48,934 nucleotides of DNA from Flavobacteriales bacterium (lineage in GTDB: Bacteria > Bacteroidota > Bacteroidia > Flavobacteriales > BACL11). This document shows, in pieces, positions 46,502 to 48,934 of the stretch (its first letter is position 1; each line of letters starts with the position of its first letter). The notes below the pieces were generated by a model, which saw only the letters and a list, made by a program, of their open reading frames with translations, made no database searches and had not been told where the DNA came from. The translations under genes and the position numbers were made by a program. The stretch lies in the NCBI GenBank assembly GCA_018652335.1, contig JABICI010000057.1:1-48934 (forward strand), written 5' to 3'.

Positions 46502-48934
46502 CTATTCAGGTAATAGTATAATTCTAATAGATTTAAATGCAGAATCACCATCTTCACTCTCAATATATAAATTAGCTATATACATTCCAGGACTTAGAAA
46601 TGTTCCATTATTATCTCTACCATTCCACGAAAGCGGTCCCACTCTATATCCCTGACTGTTATATTCTATTTCAGATATATTTTTGATTAATTTACCTGTA
46701 ATCGAGTAAATATTTAAATCATATTTGAGATCTTGATTTGACTTATTATGTTGGAAATAAAGATCTGTTGATGAAGAAAAGGGATTAGGAGTAGATATAA
46801 AATCATCAATTATAAAATTATCATCATCTGTAACAAAAAAATCAAGCTCAGATTCAGAAGAATTATTAAAAACATCCCAAACCTTTAAGGATATTGTATG
46901 CTTTCCTGGCTCAATATTATAGAGTGGAAATCTAAGGGTACCTTTTGTAAAATCATCAGTATTTGATTCATAATAATCATTTAAAACAAAGGGATTATTA
47001 GTATTTCCATCAATAACCGCGGTAATATCATGTCCTATACCATTACCAACTGTATTTATTCCTGATACATCAATTATATTAGCTAAAAGAATTGGATTTG
47101 AATTTGTAATTCCACCATTTTTAAAAAGAGTATCGTTCATGTAAAGACTAATTTCTGCAGGGTCATAATCATAAATTATATTATCAGCTGTACCTCCAAT
47201 TATAAAATTCTCTTCAGCACCATTAGCATCAAAGGGGTCTTCTTCATTATCATTAACTGCATAATATGATATCTTCCCATTCCCAAAATTATAAGATATA
47301 TCTTTTGGAACGATAAAAGATATGTTAAACTCACCATTTTTAACTGTAGCCGCTCCCCTATAAAGAATATTATTTTGATCTCTATATGGCATTGGAGTAC
47401 AACTTTCCTGACCTAAAGTTGTCCTAACAATTTCTTTATCAAAAACAGTTGCATAAATTAAACCGTTAAAATCAGAAATTAACATTCCATCATTTTCAAT
47501 GTATCCAGTTATTGAAACTTCAGATAATGCTTTTAACGTATCATTTACAAATGTAGTTTTTACATCAAATTTAGGATAAGCTAAAGTTAAAGCAGGATTA
47601 CCTAGCAAAGTGAAATTTCGATTATTTTCATCAGTACCAGCTAAAACTTTAGTTGTTTTAAATATATCGCCTAATCTTTGATGACTTGATCCATCTTTCT
47701 GAAAAATTGTCTCAATAAACTTTTTGTTGAGATTAAAATTTGGGAAAGAATAAACTAATCTAGTTGTACTTAAAAGTGCTATAGCCCCTCCATTAGGGTT
47801 TAAAAGAAGCTGTTCACCAGCTGATTTATTAGCTGGATCATCAAAGTATGAAAATTTGCATGTTGCTGTCATAAATAAAGGCAAATTGTCTAAATTATTC
47901 CAATTATTGATTTGTTCTAATTCTAAAATTCTTTCCTGAGTCCACCCTAAAGGACCACCATGACCAGTAAAATTAATCAAGAGTGCACCTTTATCAACTT
48001 TATTATTTATCGCATTTTGTGTAGCTTCACTTCTAGGGCCTGCAGGCGTTGATTCTTGCTCATAATTATCTAGATAAATCTTTTGAATATTAATCTCATC
48101 ATAATTATCATCAATATGATTTGCTAAAGTATCTGACTGCCACATATGTAGATTTGCATCAAGAGCATCCCCGTCATCAGCAATAAAAGCAATATCATTT
48201 CGCCAACTTCCAAAAGATGATTGTTTGTAATATTGTTCAATTTTATCAACTAAGATATTTGCTTCTGATAAGGTTGAGACAGGAAATCTACCAACTCCAA
48301 TATCTACTAAATCATTGTTAAACTCACCTTCATTTGGATCAAGCAAACCAAAAAAATCATCTGTAACATAACTATATACTGGATGAACTGAATTTTCAGA
48401 TTGATAAGTTGGTATGTAGTTAGTGTTGTTTTGAATTCTATCTTTTGGATCAAATGAACCGTCACCAAATAACAAAAGATATTTTAACTCAGAATTTTGC
48501 TTTTCATATTGAAATTTCACAAAATCTCTTATAGCACTTACATCCTGCATTCCACTAGAATATTCATTATAAATTTCTTGAGGGGTAACAACTACAGAGA
48601 TCATGTTATCATTTTCAAAGTGAAAATCTGCTAATCTATTGGCTATTGATAAAAATTTTGGGTGACATACAATGATGTACTCTGTGTTGGCTGGAGTAGC
48701 GTAAAGATTTTGATTTGCAATCTCACCATAGAAAGCAGGTTTATAAAATGAAGCTGAATTTTTGAATACTATATACTCATAGGTATTAATTAATGAATCA
48801 CAAAATAATAAATAATTAGAGGTGTATGATGTTGACATCTTTCTTGATTCTAATGGATTGGTGATATCCCAAACCTGAGAATCTGATGCATCTTCAATTC
48901 TATACTCTCCAATAGTATTCTGTTGGCTAGCTAA
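46502..48934 (-). CDS. porU: T9SS C-terminal signal peptidase PorU (C25/gingipain-like), N-terminus outside window
   Basis: The frame stays open from the tracked Met at 48838 to the window edge, with 32 further sense codons. It has a caspase-like C25 region (LLLFGDGSFD..., FTGHGG, MTATCKFS) and a retained CTD-like tail (TPNPFSS...). Confidence 0.8.
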   Translation of the reverse strand, partial: LASQQNTIGEYRIEDASDSQVWDITNPLESRKMSTSYTSNYLLFCDSLINTYEYIVFKNSASFYKPAFYGEIANQNLYATPANTEYIIVCHPKFLSIANRLADFHFENDNMISVVVTPQEIYNEYSSGMQDVSAIRDFVKFQYEKQNSELKYLLLFGDGSFDPKDRIQNNTNYIPTYQSENSVHPVYSYVTDDFFGLLDPNEGEFNNDLVDIGVGRFPVSTLSEANILVDKIEQYYKQSSFGSWRNDIAFIADDGDALDANLHMWQSDTLANHIDDNYDEINIQKIYLDNYEQESTPAGPRSEATQNAINNKVDKGALLINFTGHGGPLGWTQERILELEQINNWNNLDNLPLFMTATCKFSYFDDPANKSAGEQLLLNPNGGAIALLSTTRLVYSFPNFNLNKKFIETIFQKDGSSHQRLGDIFKTTKVLAGTDENNRNFTLLGNPALTLAYPKFDVKTTFVNDTLKALSEVSITGYIENDGMLISDFNGLIYATVFDKEIVRTTLGQESCTPMPYRDQNNILYRGAATVKNGEFNISFIVPKDISYNFGNGKISYYAVNDNEEDPFDANGAEENFIIGGTADNIIYDYDPAEISLYMNDTLFKNGGITNSNPILLANIIDVSGINTVGNGIGHDITAVIDGNTNNPFVLNDYYESNTDDFTKGTLRFPLYNIEPGKHTISLKVWDVFNNSSESELDFFVTDDDNFIIDDFISTPNPFSSSTDLYFQHNKSNQDLKYDLNIYSITGKLIKNISEIEYNSQGYRVGPLSWNGRDNNGTFLSPGMYIANLYIESEDGDSAFKSIRIILLPE

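Noticed and set aside
46502-48934. The possibility that porU is a truncated pseudogene (the tracked ORF of 778 aa is short for PorU).
   Set aside because: The reading frame continues without a stop through all 32 codons between the tracked Met and the window edge, so the apparent truncation is a window artefact.
1-48934. A scan for CRISPR arrays, transposases/integrases, IS inverted repeats, rRNA, prophage genes and classic defence genes (restriction-modification, toxin-antitoxin, Cas, abortive infection).
   Set aside because: None were recognised. There are no direct-repeat/spacer arrays, no recombinase-like ORFs, and only one tRNA, which has no adjacent integrase. The window looks like core chromosome.

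Overview
This is an AT-rich, very densely packed 48.9 kb stretch that reads like the core chromosome of a streamlined Flavobacteriia (Bacteroidota) genome. Three things support that placement: the type IX secretion genes porU and porV, three cargo proteins with T9SS C-terminal sorting domains, and recurrent Bacteroidetes-type TAnnTTTG -7 promoter boxes. Nearly all long ORFs are recognisable housekeeping genes: dtd, rsgA, metK, lpdA, hpt, adk, obg, aroB, aroA, upp, rpsT, proS, lpxK, gatB, lpxH, lipA, ung, rlmB, ispF, a peroxiredoxin and a purine nucleoside phosphorylase. There is one tRNA-Glu(UUC). Both window edges cut genes: a TonB-dependent receptor at the 5' end and porU at the 3' end. I saw no transposase, integrase, CRISPR array, rRNA or obvious defence island, and I cannot point to a convincing novel multi-gene system. 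The best leads are all modest. (1) A pseudoknot-capable SAM-II/V-like leader upstream of metK. (2) An untracked 37-aa lipoprotein ORF directly upstream of a TTG-start lipA. (3) A Tyr/Asn-rich basic lipoprotein adjacent to a FadL/PorV-like barrel, with a secreted helical-repeat protein converging on them. (4) Two near-identical 44-nt terminator / -7 box / ATG modules with compensatory stem changes, implying leaderless mRNAs. (5) Extreme gene packing, including tail-to-tail overlaps. All functional calls come from motif recognition by eye, and no searches were run.
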